Positions 52,560-64,000 of a stretch of DNA of 64,000 nt are shown piece by piece; within the stretch, counting starts at the first letter, position 1, and every line of letters starts with the position of its first letter. Both the position numbers and the translations under genes were made by a program. The stretch lies in IMG/VR virus record IMGVR_UViG_3300029258_005404; one strand, written 5' to 3'. The notes under the pieces are model-generated. The model was given only the letters and a program-made list of their open reading frames with translations. It was not told the DNA's origin and ran no database searches. The stretch comes from a virus.

Positions 52560-52894
52560 TTGTTAATATAATATTTCTTTATTAAAGGAGAATTTTATGG
52601 AAAAGGGTGTGGATATTGATGCTGGAAGAATTATATTCTTCCAGAATGAAGAATATATTGATATATGTCAAATCGGTTTTATGCTACACGGATTTAGTGC
52701 ATGTCATCATTGTAAAATGATGACAGTGTGTAAATTAGCAGTTACTAATATGGAAACAAGTAATACATTATTAAATATATATAATCAACTGTCAATGAAA
52801 TATCAAAATTCCTGGAGCTAACCAGGCCTTATAAATGATATTTTCTTTTCAAAAGCGGCTCGGTAAAACGTGCCGCTTTTTTTTACCTATTACT

Positions 52895-52921
52895 GTTAGA
52901 AAAACAGTAAATCTGGTATAA
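52895..52921 (+). promoter_or_regulatory. Bipartite promoter motif, copy 9
   Basis: GTTAG at 52895, TCTGGTATAA at 52912. Confidence 0.55.
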
Positions 52922-54124
52922 GTATAATGAAAGGAAAATTAACTATTCATTTATAATGGGAGACGTTATGGAAAAAGTAAAAGTTATCGATGAACATCCA
53001 AATAAAATACACGATGGAATGGAACTGTTCCTTGTCACCGGAAAGCAACTTACTAATGCCGGTGCTTTTCTAAAAGGCGAGACATTTTTAACTGGATTTC
53101 AGGAAAATAACAATGTCCGTGGAATGTTTAGTGAAGATTTCGAACCTGTTCAGATTATCGCGTTTGATAATGGAAAATATATATTCACGATGTTCAATGT
53201 AACAACTATTTCGAGAGAAGGTATTTCAGAGCTAATCAAAAAAGGCGAATACATTCTCGATAACAACAAATGTATGAGCCAATCCGAACGTGAAGAGTTT
53301 GGTGAATTATATCCTATATATAAATTTACATTATAAAAATAAAAACTATTCATTTACAAGGAGGAGATATGTTTAAATCATTCACAGACTTATGAAGAGT
53401 TTCAGGAGTGGATTGAAATGTGCAAAAAGGACAAGGAAAAGTTTAATTTTAAAACTTATGCAGCATTCATGATGATGAAGAGGGGTGTCATTGGAAATAG
53501 CTCTATTAGACAAAGGATTATTAATAAATTATTATAATGATATTTTCCTTTATACAAATTTACAATTTACAAATAAGGAGAAAAGTATGTATAAAAATTA
53601 CGCAGAATATGCAAAAGCCCGTGTTGAAAATATAAAGTCATTGATCCAGTTTATTCCTGAACTGGAAGCATGTGTCGAAATGATGGATGACTTCTTATCC
53701 GAAGCTGTCAAATGTGGTCCAATATTTGACAAAGTCAAATTGGCAATTGAAAACGCACTCGGCAAAGAAATTGAGTTTGCCGAGTGCGATACGATATTCG
53801 CCGTAATCTCGTCAGTCATGACAGGTAAAATTGACTATTCGCTGGTTAATGAACCTGCCGACATAGGCAGGTTAACAATTATTGAAATTGCTAAAGTGCT
53901 GCCTGGCACCGGTATCGAAGGTGTCTCTGAGAGTATTGTTGAAATAACAAATAAAATGTTAGGCCACGCCAAAGACCTAATGTAGACTGTTATTGGTAAG
54001 TGATTATATACAAAAAAGAGCGCAACTAAATAGTTGCGTTTTTTTTAGCTGTTATCAAAAAGATAATTCTGGAATTACTATAATGTGCACGTTACTATTA
54101 ACTTTTTTTATGAAAGGGCATGGC

Positions 54125-54892
54125 ATGCCAAAATTTTCCAATCCATTTGTAGAAGTGAAACAAGAGCCCGTCGAAGTCGGCGGTGATAAAGTCTCCAAAA
54201 TAGGAGTTCGAGTGCAGGATGACGAAGGCAACTGGCAGTTAGCTGGAATCCAATCGGCTGGTTGGAGCCTGATTAAAAACAGTATTGCAAAAGATGTTGG
54301 TGATAATATTATGAGTCGCTCACCATATGACTGGGAAGAACTCAAAATCCTTTGGGATGGAAAGAAGTATGCACATTATTTTATTACAAAACAGACTGTT
54401 GCTGAAATTAATGCCGGCGGTAGTGAAGAAAATGTACGCGATATTCGTCTTGGTATGATGATGCGAAATGCATATGACGGAAGTGGTAAATTCGGAATGG
54501 AAATGTTTGCCTGTGATTACGGGTGCACAAATCAATTTGTGTCCAGGAAGAGGTTTGGTTATTTTGCTATTTATCATAGCGAACAGGATTCGTGGAAGAT
54601 TGATGATGCTCTTCAAAATCTCCAAATTGGTGCAGAAAATCTTATTGCAATTGCACCAAGAATTCAACAGCTCGCAGAAACACCACTGGAGACTCAGCAC
54701 CTCATAAGTGCTTATAAAAATACAAAAATACCTCAAAGCAAATGGGGTGAAGTTATTGAGCGTTTATCCATCGAGCAGGCAACATTATTTGGGCTGTATT
54801 CAGCGCTGACATATATCACATCTCATCAATTGAAAGGTTTTAATGCGATTACCGTTGGCGATACAATCACTGAGCATATGCTTAGTGATTGA
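54125..54892 (+). CDS. DUF932-family protein
   Basis: MMMRNAYDGSGKFGMEMFAC...CTNQ motif; likely start ATG 54125 within ORF 53993..54892. Confidence 0.7.
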   Translation: MPKFSNPFVEVKQEPVEVGGDKVSKIGVRVQDDEGNWQLAGIQSAGWSLIKNSIAKDVGDNIMSRSPYDWEELKILWDGKKYAHYFITKQTVAEINAGGSEENVRDIRLGMMMRNAYDGSGKFGMEMFACDYGCTNQFVSRKRFGYFAIYHSEQDSWKIDDALQNLQIGAENLIAIAPRIQQLAETPLETQHLISAYKNTKIPQSKWGEVIERLSIEQATLFGLYSALTYITSHQLKGFNAITVGDTITEHMLSD

Positions 54893-55759
54893 TGAAGTTA
54901 TAATAAAATAAAACATAACCAAGAGGTAGTTTTTTTCTATCTCTTGGTGTTATTTATAACAATTTTTATTTGGAATCAAATTATGATTTTAATAAAAGCG
55001 TCAATAATTATAATGTCCAATCTTGATATAGATGCAATAGGATTGACAAAACAAAATCTTGCAAAATGTTGTCCGTATGGAGAAATATTAATAAATAATG
55101 AGGGAAAATATAAAGATACATTTTCTTTATTTAAAAGATTAATAATTTGCTCTGATATAACCAATATTTTAATTCATGTTCCATATGCTGAAAAATTTGA
55201 ACCACACAGCAGAATATTTCGTAATAGAAAAGATAAACCATATATAATTTTAAAAAAAATGTATACTGATATGGATGAGGTTGAAGAATTAATTGAATTT
55301 TGTTTCTGCAAAAATATAATTGTAGAATCACATTGTATAATTGGTGAGAGTAGAAATAATGAGTAGTAATTATTGGGCAAATAGTGGATATATACTTAAA
55401 ATTACAGATGAAGTTTTAAAGGCTTTTAATATAACAAAAGAACTTCTAATTCAACAATGGTCTGACGAACATAATATAAAACATTGCGAATCAATAATGG
55501 ATATGATTCGCGAAGCTACATATGGTGGTGAAAAGCTTCATCTGGATTTTTGTGGCAATAAATTTTCTGTTGATATATTCTGTGTTAATGATGATATTGA
55601 GAGTGCTGACGCATTACTTGATAGGTGGGAATATTATATGATTTTTGATCAGAGTGATATTTGTACTATTAAACCTACGCCCTTTTTACAAGCTTTACAA
55701 GATAGAAATATTGCTCCAGAATTTAAACAATGGGTGAGTTATGGGTAAAATTGCTCGAT

Positions 55760-55787
55760 GTTGTTTCTTTAAAATTTCTGGCATAAT
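55760..55787 (+). promoter_or_regulatory. Bipartite promoter motif, copy 10 (variant)
   Basis: GTTGT at 55760, TCTGGCATAAT at 55777. Confidence 0.45.
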
Positions 55788-57766
55788 TATAATAAAGGTT
55801 GATTAACTATTTGAATCGATTAAATCGACTTATAAGGAAGGAAAAATGTACATTCAATTAACTTATAAACATGGAAACGGAATATATGATTCCAAAGTCA
55901 AAATCGTCTCAGATAATGAAATAGATTGCAGCTCGATAGACACTATCGAGGATAATGGTGTTGTATACTGGCAAGATGGAGACCTAAACGGAATAGCCAT
56001 ACCGCTTCCTGACAATATCGAAGAGGTATAATATATGAATTCTAAAGCAAATACTGTAACAATTTATGCATTTTTTACATTTGTAATAATAGCGGTTTGT
56101 TTAATAATTGTGTGGTGCCCGATAAAATCGAAATATAAAAAAATATTACCAGATAAAGATACCGTGTATGTTGATAAGGCTATAGGGATTGACACATTAT
56201 ATATTGATACCGGTATTATTACCAGACTTTATCTCAGAGAAGATAGTTTGTACAAAGAAATTATTATAACTCGTGATAGTCTCAACGAAATTAAAAGGAG
56301 GATAGCGAATGCCAAAGAAAAAGAAGCTCCCTAGAATGTTCATATACGTTGAGGGTGGTCTTATCCAGACCATAGCGGCAGATATTCCAATGGAAATTCT
56401 GGTGCTCGATGGTGATGTTGATGGTATCGAATGTCCGGATAATTATAAAGATATTGATGGTAGTGAATTTCGTGCTCGAGTTGCCTGGGAAAGAAAGCCG
56501 TACCAAAGTAAGAGTACCGTTAATCATTATTTCAATGAACAAGCACGAGTAGATAAGGAAAACTACTGATGGAAAATGAAACAATCGAATGTCCAGGATG
56601 TGGATACGCAATATCCATAAATAATCTTCAGTGCCCGGAATGCGGGTACGAAATGGATGATGATGAGCGTGAGGAGGCCGGAAATGAATCCAGAACAGAT
56701 AATTAATCAAATATGGACAATGCACTGGTATGAAGTAATACAAATCGCTTTAATGGATGATTTGATACTCCTGGTGAAAACATGGCCATTTTTACTTGTA
56801 TCAATTTTTATTTTTTTCGGAACACTTCTATTAATAGAAAAGAATAAAAAGTATAGAATTACATCCCTTAAAAGCAAATGCCTATTATGCGAAGGTAAAA
56901 TAGAATGCGGCCTCCCCAATCATAAACCGTGTGGAAAAGTTATAATAACCATATCAGATATTTCAAATGAAGATTTCTGTATAGTTATGCATCGCAACTG
57001 TGCTAAAGAATATATGAAAAAACTTATCGGTAATGTGGAAGGGCTTCCACAGACTGATGAGTTTATTGTCGGTGTAATAGCAAGCGAGCTTGTTAATAAA
57101 GGCGATCTTATCAGGCCGCAATGGGAAATATTTCAGTGTGTATCAAAGAATCAAGGAGGATAATTGTTAAAAAATAAAAAATTTGTAATACCTGTAATGC
57201 AATTACAGGATTTATTAACAAGATTTGTCGAAACGCCATCAATAGGAAATCCTGATTATATTGATATGATACTCTGGCTTTATGCATGTGCGAGAAATAA
57301 TAAAGATAATTGGGGGCTAAAAGGTAAATGGCCTTATTTCAGGATTAAAATCGATCTCGAGAAGCAATGGTACCCGGTAGTTATAATATATAACCGCTGG
57401 TTTGCCAATGCATTCATTGAGGGATGGTTATTTAATTACATTAAAAAGAAAAGGAGTAGTAAGCGTGGCAAAAAAAATTGAACACTGGGATCCTGAATTT
57501 TGTCCGGAAGAGTTAAGCGCATTATATGATTTTCTTGATAATAGGGCGCATGGTCTTCCGGAAGATATTGATCATTACATTATATCAAAAGAGTACTTTA
57601 AAGAACTTGAGGTATATACTTGCCCGGAAGATCATTATGATATTAATGATTATGTGGATGTCGAGTACGTTGCTCATTTTGCAAGTATGTTAGAGCGTTT
57701 GAAAGATATTCCTGATGACGCTGTGCTTGAAATAGATTTATCAAACGCCTATTAAAGGAGTATCTT

Positions 57767-58153
57767 ATGAGCGAGGTGGTGAAGGTTGCGACTACGCAAT
57801 CGTATGAATTCTGGCTGTTAATAACCGGCCATGGTGAAGGTTGCGACTACGCAATCGATTGTAACAAAATCTGGAAGAAGATTGATGGCTGCACGAGCAT
57901 GGAAGACGCTCATATTATGGTTGAGACAATGTTCGAGACCGGGAATCTTTTATTTGAAGGTGAAAGAGGTGTGAAGAGCATTTCTATCCTTCAGGTAAAA
58001 GATGCAGCAATATTCAATGTTCAGCAAGCCAAAACGAAAATCGAAAGGCAGGCTAATGTGGAAGAGAAGCAGAAAGAAGAAGCCGAAGATCTTGCTAAAA
58101 TGGCTGAGCTAAAGATGAAATATCCTGAAAAATTCAAGGAGATGGCTCAGTGA
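57767..58153 (+). CDS. Hypothetical protein containing an internal DNA duplication
   Basis: 128-aa ORF with AAGGAG SD. Confidence 0.55.
   Translation: MSEVVKVATTQSYEFWLLITGHGEGCDYAIDCNKIWKKIDGCTSMEDAHIMVETMFETGNLLFEGERGVKSISILQVKDAAIFNVQQAKTKIERQANVEEKQKEEAEDLAKMAELKMKYPEKFKEMAQ
57777..57857 (+). repeat. Perfect 26-nt direct repeat with 29-nt spacer and internal palindrome
   Basis: TGGTGAAGGTTGCGACTACGCAATCG at 57777 and 57832; TTGCG-ACTA-CGCAA hairpin. Confidence 0.85.
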
Positions 58154-59533
58154 GATATAAAAAACTGAAAACGCTCTGGGCCGCAATGGAACGCAATATT
58201 GGGTTCAATGCGGCCCATTATGAGCGCGCTCTCGGCCTCGACCATGGAATTATTGAAAGAGCCCTTAAAATTGAGAAGAATGGTGGTCAGTGCCCGCAAG
58301 AGTTGTTTGCTGTTATGAAAATAGTATATACATTTCCATGGATACTTAGGGTTGCTGATCAAAATTATGATCCGAAATACGCAATGAAGGAACTCTGCAA
58401 ACACGCAGTAGATATCCTTGTCGAAACAACTTACCCTTAAATACTAAAACCTACTAATTTGTCCTAAAATTAGGAAGAAGGAGGATAATCAATGTATGAA
58501 AATACCACTTAACCCCAATGGATTCATATGCTGATAAAGGAAGAATTACTTACTATGATGGCTAGAGCTGACATTTTAATGCAGGAAATATCTGATGCTG
58601 CAGAAGAATGCACTGCGACCCAAATGCCAGCACAAAACGTCGTATCAGTTCTCACAGCTACTCATGAATTTAATAAATTATTAAATGAGTTTGTTGAGGC
58701 TCATTCAAAAGATGAGACCTTTATCGTATAACCACTTTTTGTCGGAGGATAAGTTGCCTACCATCAGAGAAATACTTGGAAAAGTAGTAAATTATGTGCA
58801 ACCGCAGCCTAAAAAGAGGCGGATTAAAGCTCCTATAACCCCGGAAGGAGCAATTTGCACTGATATGTTAGTTATTTATGAATGGCTGGAGCAGAATAAG
58901 CACAATGCTCCATTTTACTGCCTTATGCTTCAGGAACAATTTGATACATCATTCTTTCTCACACCGGATGGAACACCTGCAATCTTTAAAAAATGGGATG
59001 AGGTGATTCGTGAAAAAGAGGATCTTAATAATCCAAATGTTTGGATACTTGAGTTTACCGGAGTTGCAAATTGATTTACCCTGAATGCGGTACTATAATT
59101 AAACCGGGGATTATGTTTTATCATTTCCCCGGTTTCATTTTCAAAATAGGAGGATATGGTGTTAGGATTTTATTTTATTTTTGAATGTAAACTGTGTGGA
59201 AAACAGTTTACTTTAACTCCTGAAGAAATGATTGAGGAGAAGCGTGTTGTGAGTGAAATGATTGAAAGAGATACACGTTATAAGTTTACTAATTTAGATA
59301 TGGTAACACGAGTATTCCATAAATGTGAAATTGAATCGGTTCATGAGAACGTTTCATTAAAAGAAAAGGGTTTAAAAAGTTATTATGGTATTGCTGAGAC
59401 TGTTGGTTTTATGATTGTAAATACGTAAATCCGGAAGGGTGGCGGTATATAATTATACACCTCTTATCCTCCGGCGTATAATTATTTATACAAACCGTCA
59501 CCCGACTTTATATATATAAAATAAGGAGAAAAT

Positions 59534-60109
59534 TTGATACAAGAAAATATTATCTTGTTCGATATGGATGGAACACTGTGTAATTATGAAGCAGCTTTAT
59601 TAAATAGTCTTAATGAGCTGAAAGGTCCTAAAGAAAAAATGCTTAAAATACTTCCACATAAATCAAAAACTCCTGCCTATCTTAAAGCAAGGATGGATTT
59701 AATACGCGATAATACAAAATGGTGGATAAATATACCACCACTTTCTTTGGGAATGCAACTGTGGAGAGTGGCAGGCGAGATAGGGTTTAGAAGAATGATA
59801 CTTACACAGGGGCCTAAAAGATATCCAAAATCATGGATGGCAAAGAAAATGTGGATAGATAAATATCTTGGAAGCGATGTTGATATAACAATAACCCGGG
59901 ATAAAGGTCTTGTGTATGGAAGGGTCCTGGTTGATGATTGGCCTGACTATATAATTAGATGGGCGAAATGGAGGCCGAGAGGGCTTATTGTAATGCCTGA
60001 TGGTAAACACAATCAGGGTTTTGAACACGATCAGGTCATCAGATATGATGGAAATAATTTTGAAAAAGTTGCTGGTGTGCTTCAGGATAAATTTGATTTC
60101 ATAAATTAA
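59534..60109 (+). CDS. HAD-family 5'(3')-deoxyribonucleotidase-like protein
   Basis: ILFDMDGTLCNY, ILTQGP, KKMWIDKYL, RDKGLVYGRVLVDDWP. Confidence 0.8.
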   Translation: MIQENIILFDMDGTLCNYEAALLNSLNELKGPKEKMLKILPHKSKTPAYLKARMDLIRDNTKWWINIPPLSLGMQLWRVAGEIGFRRMILTQGPKRYPKSWMAKKMWIDKYLGSDVDITITRDKGLVYGRVLVDDWPDYIIRWAKWRPRGLIVMPDGKHNQGFEHDQVIRYDGNNFEKVAGVLQDKFDFIN

Positions 60110-60472
60110 TTTTGGAGGATAAAATGAAATTAACAATTAGAAAGATAATTGATATTCTTGCATATCGGCCGGATATCGCCCAAAATGACAGGAATGAGTT
60201 GGTTAAAATTGCTGAAGATGAAGGGTTATTCATTGATACAGAAAAAACCTGTATTGATAGTGCCGAACGCAAAATATGCAATTCTAAATATCTTGGTATA
60301 AAAGCGAATACATGGGATAATAAAGAATTTTATTTCTATACAATGGAACAAAATCATGTAGATAATGCAATGCATATTATGGGTTATGATAGTCATGGAT
60401 ATTGGTTGAGTTTTTTCAATAACCCTCTGGAGCCTGAAACACCAGAAAATTTTGAATTCAAAGGTGGTAAGC

Positions 60473-61024
60473 ATGGTAGATAATCTTGGATTTATACCAA
60501 AATCTAAAGCAAATGATATTGCAGTTAAAATATGCATGGAACTTCTTCCTCATTGCGAACAGAAAGGAATAACTGTAGTTGGTGATTTAAGGCGCGAGCG
60601 AAGCAAGGTTGATAGTATTGATATAGTATGCATTCCGAAAACCCATTATGCACAAACAGATCTTTTGACATATGGTCCGATAAGAACCAATGGTTTTATT
60701 AAAACTGTTAATTCATGGGCAAAAATGAAAGGGGATCCTGTTGGTGGGAAGTATACTCAACGGTATCATCCAACCCATATGATAACTATAAATCTTTATA
60801 TGGTTACCAGGGATAATTATGGATTAATGGTTATGTTTCGCACCGGGCCGGTCAAATATTCAAAGCGCATGATGGAAAAGGAGACCAAAAAAGTTGGAAT
60901 GAAATCTAGGGGTGGATATCTCCGCTGGGAAAAAAATGATGAGATAATTCCAACACCTACTGAAGAAGAGTTTTATCGTCTTGTTCAGGAACCATGGATT
61001 ATACCAATGGCACGAATAAAATAA
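60473..61024 (+). CDS. Truncated DNA polymerase X-like protein with altered catalytic residues
   Basis: VVGDLRRE...DSIDIV, INLY, MFRTGPVKYS, TPTEEEFYRLVQEPWIIPMAR; palm and thumb only. Confidence 0.7.
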   Translation: MVDNLGFIPKSKANDIAVKICMELLPHCEQKGITVVGDLRRERSKVDSIDIVCIPKTHYAQTDLLTYGPIRTNGFIKTVNSWAKMKGDPVGGKYTQRYHPTHMITINLYMVTRDNYGLMVMFRTGPVKYSKRMMEKETKKVGMKSRGGYLRWEKNDEIIPTPTEEEFYRLVQEPWIIPMARIK

Positions 61025-61386
61025 AGGGGAATTATGGCTAAACATATATTTAAATGTTTATATTGCAATTCGCCAATGAAACTGGAATCAAAACCATGTG
61101 GAGAAGTTGAAGAAGGTTTTAAATGGCACTATCTACAATGCACTCAATGCCTGGCTACAGGTCCACAGTTTTGTGATTCAATAGATATATCTAAAGTCAA
61201 TTGTATCAGAAAGGCTTTTGAGTCTATGACCATACCACATGGTTACAGAATCACACTTGTTTGCAGCAAATGTATTCTTGAATGTTCGGGCCAATTGGAA
61301 GATATACATAAAGAGTGTCCATTGCCTGATTGTAATGGCACACTACACAAAATACCAGAAGAATATATACATTAAAAGGAGGGTAA

Positions 61387-61752
61387 TTGGACGATGCTGC
61401 ATTTGACGGCCTTGTTCGTCAAAGAATACAAAAAATAAAAGATGTTCTGGCGTCAAAAGGTAAAGATTACGGGCGCGAAGATCGGCTTCACCAGTTCAAA
61501 GAGGCTGGAATGAGATTACACTGTACTCCGGAAAGAGCTCTGCAGGGTATGGCTGTAAAGCATGATATATCAGTAGCGACAACTATTACTGATATTGAAA
61601 ACGGTACTTATGATTATGTTACTCATGAGTATATTGATGAGAAGATTGGTGATGCAATAAACTATATGATACTTCTCGAAGCATTAATTAAAGAGCGTCT
61701 TCTTAAAGACAATTGTACTGTTGAAAGTGAGGGGGCTTTAAATGGAAAATAA
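61387..61752 (+). CDS. Nucleotide-modification-associated (DUF1599/Nmad1-like) protein
   Basis: KGKDYG...HQFKEAG...KH...DEKIGDAINYMILL. Confidence 0.55.
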   Translation: MDDAAFDGLVRQRIQKIKDVLASKGKDYGREDRLHQFKEAGMRLHCTPERALQGMAVKHDISVATTITDIENGTYDYVTHEYIDEKIGDAINYMILLEALIKERLLKDNCTVESEGALNGK

Positions 61753-62670
61753 AAAATCCGGACTACGGGATGAATTTGAAATGCGCCAAGATGCTGCTGA
61801 AATTGAAGCTGAAAGTCGAAACTTCAATAATGAAGAACCGCCGGATTGTCTTACATGTAATAGAACTGGCGTGTGCTTTGCCGGGTGTATTGAAATGCTT
61901 GGAATTGATCCTTTCAAGGTTAATGAGCCGACGAGCAGAATAATAAAGGCTTTGAAAATAGCCATGGATTATGGTACCGCCCAAGGAGACCAGCACAGAG
62001 CATTTGCTATTGATCAAATGGTGCGCGCCCTTTCTGGTGATCAATATGAAAATTTTACAAAACAAGCTGTCATCTGGGATAAAGGTGTCGGTTAAATAAC
62101 AAAAAATTGGATTAGAAAAAAGGCTGAAGTGCTAATTTCAGCTTTTTTTTAGTTATTATCAATTAGTTTATGAGATAACTACTATGTAAATGATAATTAT
62201 TTGACAAGGAGAAGTAATGCCAGAATTTGATATTTCAATAGTAAAAATAGCCCAAACAACTGAAGATTTTCATATAACTACAAAGAATAAAAAAGAGGCT
62301 GAAAAGCTTGCTATACAAGCGGCTAAGAAAACTGAATTTAGTCATGGGGAGCCTGATATAATTACTGATATGATTATTGAGTGTAAGGGGGAGTAATGGA
62401 TATACGAGATTTTTGTGAATTGGTATACACATCTTATCAGAAATATGAAGAATCAAGATTGGAAAACTCTCTTGACATTCTTGAAGAAGAAATACAAGCA
62501 ACTGTTTTGGACTTTGTTAATGATGGTGGGATCAATAACTGTTCAGTTGATGCGCTTTGTTGTGATACTTCATCTCTTGTAAATACTATGTATGAACTAC
62601 TCGGATTGAATAAAACCCCTGGGATTGAAGAAGAAATTGATGATATATTCTCTGCTGAAGAAAATAATTT

Positions 62671-62937
62671 ATGATTTACATTGATGAAATACGCGATTAT
62701 ACCGGTATGACAAATTTAAAATATAAAAAATGGTCACATATGTGGACTGATGGCGATATTGAAGAATTGCATAAATTTGCAGAGAAACTTGGATTAAAAA
62801 GAAGATGGTTCCAAAATAAAAAACGGTTACCACATTATGATTTAGTTCCTACAAAAAGAGCTATCGCATTAAGAATGGGGGCGAGATTTATTCCGCTTAG
62901 AGAATGGTATAAAAAGTTGAAATTAATGAATAAATAA
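62671..62937 (+). CDS. DUF4031-family protein
   Basis: MIYID...WSHMWTD...EELHKFAEKLGLKRRWFQ...PHYDL. Confidence 0.75.
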   Translation: MIYIDEIRDYTGMTNLKYKKWSHMWTDGDIEELHKFAEKLGLKRRWFQNKKRLPHYDLVPTKRAIALRMGARFIPLREWYKKLKLMNK

Positions 62938-62968
62938 ATCTATTTTATATAAAATCATTACGACATAT

Positions 62969-63045
62969 TGCAGGGTAGAGCAGTTGGATAGCTTGCTTGG
63001 CTCATAACCAAGAGGTCGGGGGTTCAAATCCCCTCCCTGCTACCA
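62969..63045 (+). tRNA. trnM: tRNA-Met (CAU), initiator-like
   Basis: TGCAGGG/CCCTGCT with 1:72 mismatch, CTTGG-CTCATAA-CCAAG, GGGGG-TTCAAAT-CCCCT, encoded CCA. Confidence 0.9.
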
Positions 63046-63054
63046 ATATAATAG

Positions 63055-63245
63055 AAACACATCATAGGTGTACGTGCTTTACACTTGGACATTGATCGTG
63101 GAGCCGTATAGCTTGTACGATTCGGTTCTTGTGCTACGAACACGAGTACAGAATAAAGCACACGTACTGGTAAGCGGGGTGAACTTCCGTGAGATATCTG
63201 TTGTGTTTCTAATTCGGGTAATATGGATGATCTGAGAAGGTGTTT
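63055..63245 (+). ncRNA. Candidate structured RNA after tRNA-Met
   Basis: GAAACACA/TGTGTTTC, GTACGTG/CACGTAC, CTTTA/TAAAG, GAGCCG/CGGTTC, CTTGTG/CACGAG. Confidence 0.4.
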
Positions 63246-63313
63246 TGTGTCTCCCATTAGGCATCTTTAATGTAATTCCATATTACCTTTTTTAATTTTA
63301 TAAAGGAGGATAA

Positions 63314-63781
63314 ATGGATATACGTATCATACTTCTATTTGCGGTTATTTTACCAATAATATTTATATTATTATGGAGAACATTCTGGGAAACGTATGGC
63401 AGACCCAAATGGATTCCATGGAAAATATTCTACCCTATTCACCAGGTGGAATGGTGGATATTCGAAACTTTATGGTGTAACAGGTTTTTGACACAGTGGA
63501 GGTGGGATAGAAGGAAGGATAAAAACACTCTTCCGATCCAGAACTGGGGGTATAATGGATTTTCCGGGAGCCTTAAAGAAGGCATGGCACCATTCACAGG
63601 CCAGTTTGTCAGGTGGACAGCTGACCCTGGTGTAGCTGAGATTAGATGTTCTGATGGCAAGACCAGATACATACCTTCTTATGCAATTCATGGGCACAAG
63701 CCGCCTGAGCCAGATTATGAAAAAATGAAAAAGAATGGACAGATGGCTTACTTCGGTAAGGCATCAAGCTCTGAAAATTAA
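63314..63781 (+). CDS. Membrane-anchored hypothetical protein
   Basis: N-terminal TM helix; AAGGAGG SD. Confidence 0.55.
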   Translation: MDIRIILLFAVILPIIFILLWRTFWETYGRPKWIPWKIFYPIHQVEWWIFETLWCNRFLTQWRWDRRKDKNTLPIQNWGYNGFSGSLKEGMAPFTGQFVRWTADPGVAEIRCSDGKTRYIPSYAIHGHKPPEPDYEKMKKNGQMAYFGKASSSEN

Positions 63782-64000
63782 ATAACTGAGGTAGAGATTA
63801 TGTCACAATTACCAATAGCGCATATTGAGTTCAGAGGTGATGTTCCTGCGATTTATCACAATATGCCATGCCCAATATGCTATCATAAACATGCAGTTTA
63901 TCAAACCAATAATGGTATATTTTTACCATGTTGGAGGTGTCAGGAAAAAGGATTCAAATTAATAAAAACGAAAAGTAAATTTATATTAAAAATCCTTCAT

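Noticed and set aside
59438-59503. Long hairpin as a further attC site
   Set aside because: Lacks AAC/GTT core ends; more likely a terminator or processing stem.
1-64000. Genome-wide TAG reassignment (code 15)
   Set aside because: Long structural genes are intact without in-frame TAG, and several genes end cleanly at TAG.

Overview
This window looks like a 64-kb segment of a large (jumbo-like) AT-rich dsDNA phage read in the standard genetic code. A minus-strand virion/tail module with a phage sigma factor (to ~9.9 kb) is followed by a long accessory region of small ORFs, nucleic-acid enzymes (thermonuclease, Toprim, DenV-like glycosylase, RlaP-like nucleotidyltransferase, NUDIX, DinG-like helicase, PolX-like), a tmRNA, tRNAs and many structured intergenic RNAs. 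A FISUMP-domain gene hints at a Fibrobacterota-like host (inference). The main find is a compact CRISPR locus with no cas1/cas2 in the window. It has a 404-aa TnpB/Cas12-like protein that lacks the RuvC catalytic residues and Zn finger (28143-29357), a 7-repeat array with type I-E-like 29-nt repeats (29563-29954), and a downstream split anti-repeat (tracrRNA-like) RNA. Other notable items: an amber-suppressor tRNA(CUA) near a UAG/Pro-Pro-stop leader upstream of a Pth2-like gene, a Tad2-like (DUF2829) gene in an integron-type attC cassette, an orphan retron-like double-hairpin RNA, and a bipartite promoter motif found 10 times. All family calls come from motif recognition by eye; no searches were run.
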